Positions 63,238 to 64,000 of a stretch of 64,000 nt of DNA are shown in pieces. Each line of letters opens with the position of its first letter. Position 1 is the stretch's first letter. The DNA is from Candidatus Fimimonas gallinarum. Its GTDB lineage: Bacteria; Bacillota; Clostridia; Christensenellales; CAG-314. Location of the stretch: NCBI GenBank assembly GCA_018712065.1, contig DVHL01000029.1:6222-70221 (forward strand), in the 5' to 3' direction. Below the pieces are notes generated by a model. It saw nothing but the letters and a program-made list of their open reading frames with translations, searched no databases and had not been told where the DNA came from. The translations under genes and the position numbers were made by a program.

Positions 63238-64000
63238 TCAATACAGGCCGTCTATCTTGCCGTGAGCGTCAATTGTCATCTTTACGGCATTGGGAACCTT
63301 GGAAAGCCCCGGCATAAGCAACATGTTGCCTGCCAACGCTACCAAAAAGCCTGCACCGCCACGATATTCAATATCTCTTATCTTTACGGTAAATCCGGTA
63401 GGCGCACCCAGCAAAGTGGCGTCGTCGGAAAAACTGTATTGAGTTTTTGCAATAACTACGGGTAATTTTTCTACATGAAGAGAGTGAAGATGCTTCAGAC
63501 TTTCCAACGCTTTGGGCAAAAATTCCACATCTGCTGCGCCGTAAATACGTGTTGCGACTTTGCGTATTTTTTCTTCCACGCTGTCATCGTCGTTGTAGGC
63601 AAAGGTAAAGGTACTGTTGTCGGCGTGGTCGCACATTTCCTTTACGCAACGTGCAAGTTCGGTGGTGCCTTCGCCTCCCTTTCCCCACACATCGCAACAC
63701 ACTGCCTTTACTCCGAGTTTTTGCACGCTGCTTGCAATTTCTTCAATTTCCGCATCAGTGTCCGTTGTGAAACGGTTGATTGCCACGATTACAGGAAGTT
63801 TGTACACATCCTTTATGTTGCACACGTGACGCACTAGATTGCACATGCCCGCTTTCAGAGCAGACAAATTTTCCTCAGAAAGGTTGTCTTTGTCGGCGCC
63901 GCCGTGCAGTTTCAATGCCCTTACAGTTGCAACTACCACCACTGCATTGGGAACAAGTCCCGATTTGCGGCACTTGACGTCCAAAAATTTTTCCGCACCC
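63238..64000 (-). CDS. fhs: Formate--tetrahydrofolate ligase, C-terminal part (5' end outside the window)
   Basis: ...VVVATVRALKLHGG...PVIVAINRFTTDTDAEI... The reading frame stays open to the window edge. Confidence 0.9.
   Translation of the reverse strand, partial: GAEKFLDVKCRKSGLVPNAVVVVATVRALKLHGGADKDNLSEENLSALKAGMCNLVRHVCNIKDVYKLPVIVAINRFTTDTDAEIEEIASSVQKLGVKAVCCDVWGKGGEGTTELARCVKEMCDHADNSTFTFAYNDDDSVEEKIRKVATRIYGAADVEFLPKALESLKHLHSLHVEKLPVVIAKTQYSFSDDATLLGAPTGFTVKIRDIEYRGGAGFLVALAGNMLLMPGLSKVPNAVKMTIDAHGKIDGLY

Noticed and set aside
1-64000. A defence island, prophage, integrative element or toxin-antitoxin cluster.
   Set aside because: There are no nucleases, helicases, methylase-restriction pairs, Cas, abortive-infection, retron or DGR reverse transcriptases, phage structural genes or transposases among the ORFs. 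The only recombinase is translationally coupled to hflX and looks like a conserved chromosomal Xer-type gene.

Overview
This 64 kb window looks like a chromosomal segment of an endospore-forming Firmicute with Clostridia-like gene order. It is moderately AT-rich and most genes are on the minus strand.

**Gene content.** Content is dominated by conserved housekeeping and sporulation genes.
- Plus strand at the left edge: rimO (partial)-pgsA-cinA-recA-rny, tRNA-Trp, rnhA.
- A small accessory patch: methyltransferase, PadR-membrane fusion, DUF45, TetR/DegV.
- Then lexA-hflX-Xer-like recombinase, a ynbB-like lyase, miaB-mutS-mutL-miaA, a class A PBP, cysteine desulfurase and thiI, mutS2, a U32 peptidase, and pheS-pheT behind a Phe T-box.
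- Sporulation genes: yunB, spoVAC/AD/AE, spoIIAA-spoIIAB-sigF, spoIVA, ylmC, sigG.
- Also an uncharacterised 3-gene cluster, a six-tRNA operon, a frameshifted methyltransferase, plsY-der-DUF512, an RluA-type synthase, tdk and fhs (partial).

**What I did not find.** There is no CRISPR array, transposase, prophage or recognisable defence island.

**What is unusual sits in the non-coding space.**
1. A dispersed 45-80 bp intergenic repeat family has at least 6 clear and 3 weaker copies.
2. Short diverged copies of resident genes (mutS, a methyltransferase, possibly the U32 gene) are scattered in intergenic regions.
3. There are many small tandem duplications.
4. Several intergenic gaps are unusually long. 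The largest is a 2.6 kb ORF-poor stretch with a GC-rich ORF-less core next to the recombinase.

**Limits.** All calls come from reading the sequence and the supplied ORF translations. No database or folding computation was run. Hairpin and promoter coordinates are by eye (about +/-2 nt).
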